From: Deltaproteobacteria bacterium TL4
GTDB taxonomy: Bacteria; SAR324; NAC60-12
Length of the DNA: 14,853 nucleotides
Assembly (NCBI GenBank): GCA_051382335.1
Contig: JBBCAX010000352.1
Location: forward strand, 1-14,853
Direction of reading: 5' to 3'
The translations under genes and the position numbers were made by a program. Positions 14,529 to 14,853 of this stretch are shown here, piece by piece (position 1 is the first letter of the stretch; every line of letters begins with the position of its first letter). The notes below the pieces were generated by a model that searched no databases, was not told the DNA's origin, and saw only the letters and a list, made by a program, of their open reading frames with translations.

Positions 14529-14675
14529 TATGGCGGAGACAACCAGATCAGCGTCAACGAGTTGGCTGAGTATGTGGAAACCAACCTCCCGGAACTCACG
14601 TACAAACAGTATGGCTACGAACAAATTCCGCAGAAGAGCCTCCAGGGCATGAGCTTTCCGCTGGGGTTGAAATAA
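14529..14675 (+). pseudogene. 3' remnant of a caspase-family (peptidase C14) domain gene
   Basis: Manual translation gives YGGDNQISVNELAEYVETNLPELTYKQYGYEQIPQKSLQGMSFPLGLK*. This fits the D..I...EL..YV...P.LT....Q.P.....FPL C-terminal pattern of bacterial caspase-like proteins. There is no start codon at the 5' end. Confidence 0.65.
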
Positions 14676-14678
14676 AAA

Positions 14679-14727
14679 GCGGCTGGAGCCGCGGGGTATG
14701 GGTTACGAGGCTGGAGCCGCGTAATCC
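14679..14727. repeat. Tandem short palindromes with a GGCTGGAGCC core; REP-like or terminator-like
   Basis: GCGGCT-GG-AGCCGC at 14679-14692. A 13-bp direct repeat GGCTGGAGCCGCG occurs at 14681 and 14709, and the second copy lies within the imperfect hairpin GGTTACG...CGTAATCC. Confidence 0.6.
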
Positions 14728-14853
14728 GAATAAAAATTTTGCGACTCAAAGCTCCAGGTGTTTGAGTTTAACTTTTTTTCCCTGGACTACGACCGCGATT
14801 CCGAGGATTTTTTCCACACCGGACTGCCTTAACTCGGTCGCGTAGGCTTTTTC

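Overview
Anti-phage defence locus on the + strand (611-14249). The backbone is a four-gene 'restriction-like' system of the Gao et al. 2020 RL type: DUF499 ATPase, DUF3780, DUF1156 amino-methyltransferase and PLD-nuclease/SNF2 helicase. Two passenger modules sit inside it with overlapping start/stop codons: a Schlafen/AlbA_2-HATPase-HTH gene, and a three-gene DUF262 + DUF3696 ABC-ATPase + RelE-like-tail cassette resembling Menshen. The backbone looks crippled. DUF499 has a 1-bp frameshift, the methyltransferase appears to have lost its SAM-binding motif in frame, and the helicase gene appears to have lost most of its PLD nuclease domain out of frame. The passengers are intact ORFs. Two small elements, each a GTAG-type REP doublet wrapped in terminal inverted repeats, are present: one intergenic between opposed heptamer arrays and one inserted in frame in the methyltransferase. 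The left edge holds the 5' part of an AAA-ATPase_like gene on the - strand. The right edge holds head-to-head 3' remnants of a RAYT/IS200-like transposase and a caspase-family gene. Family assignments come from motif recognition and remembered homologues, not from database searches.
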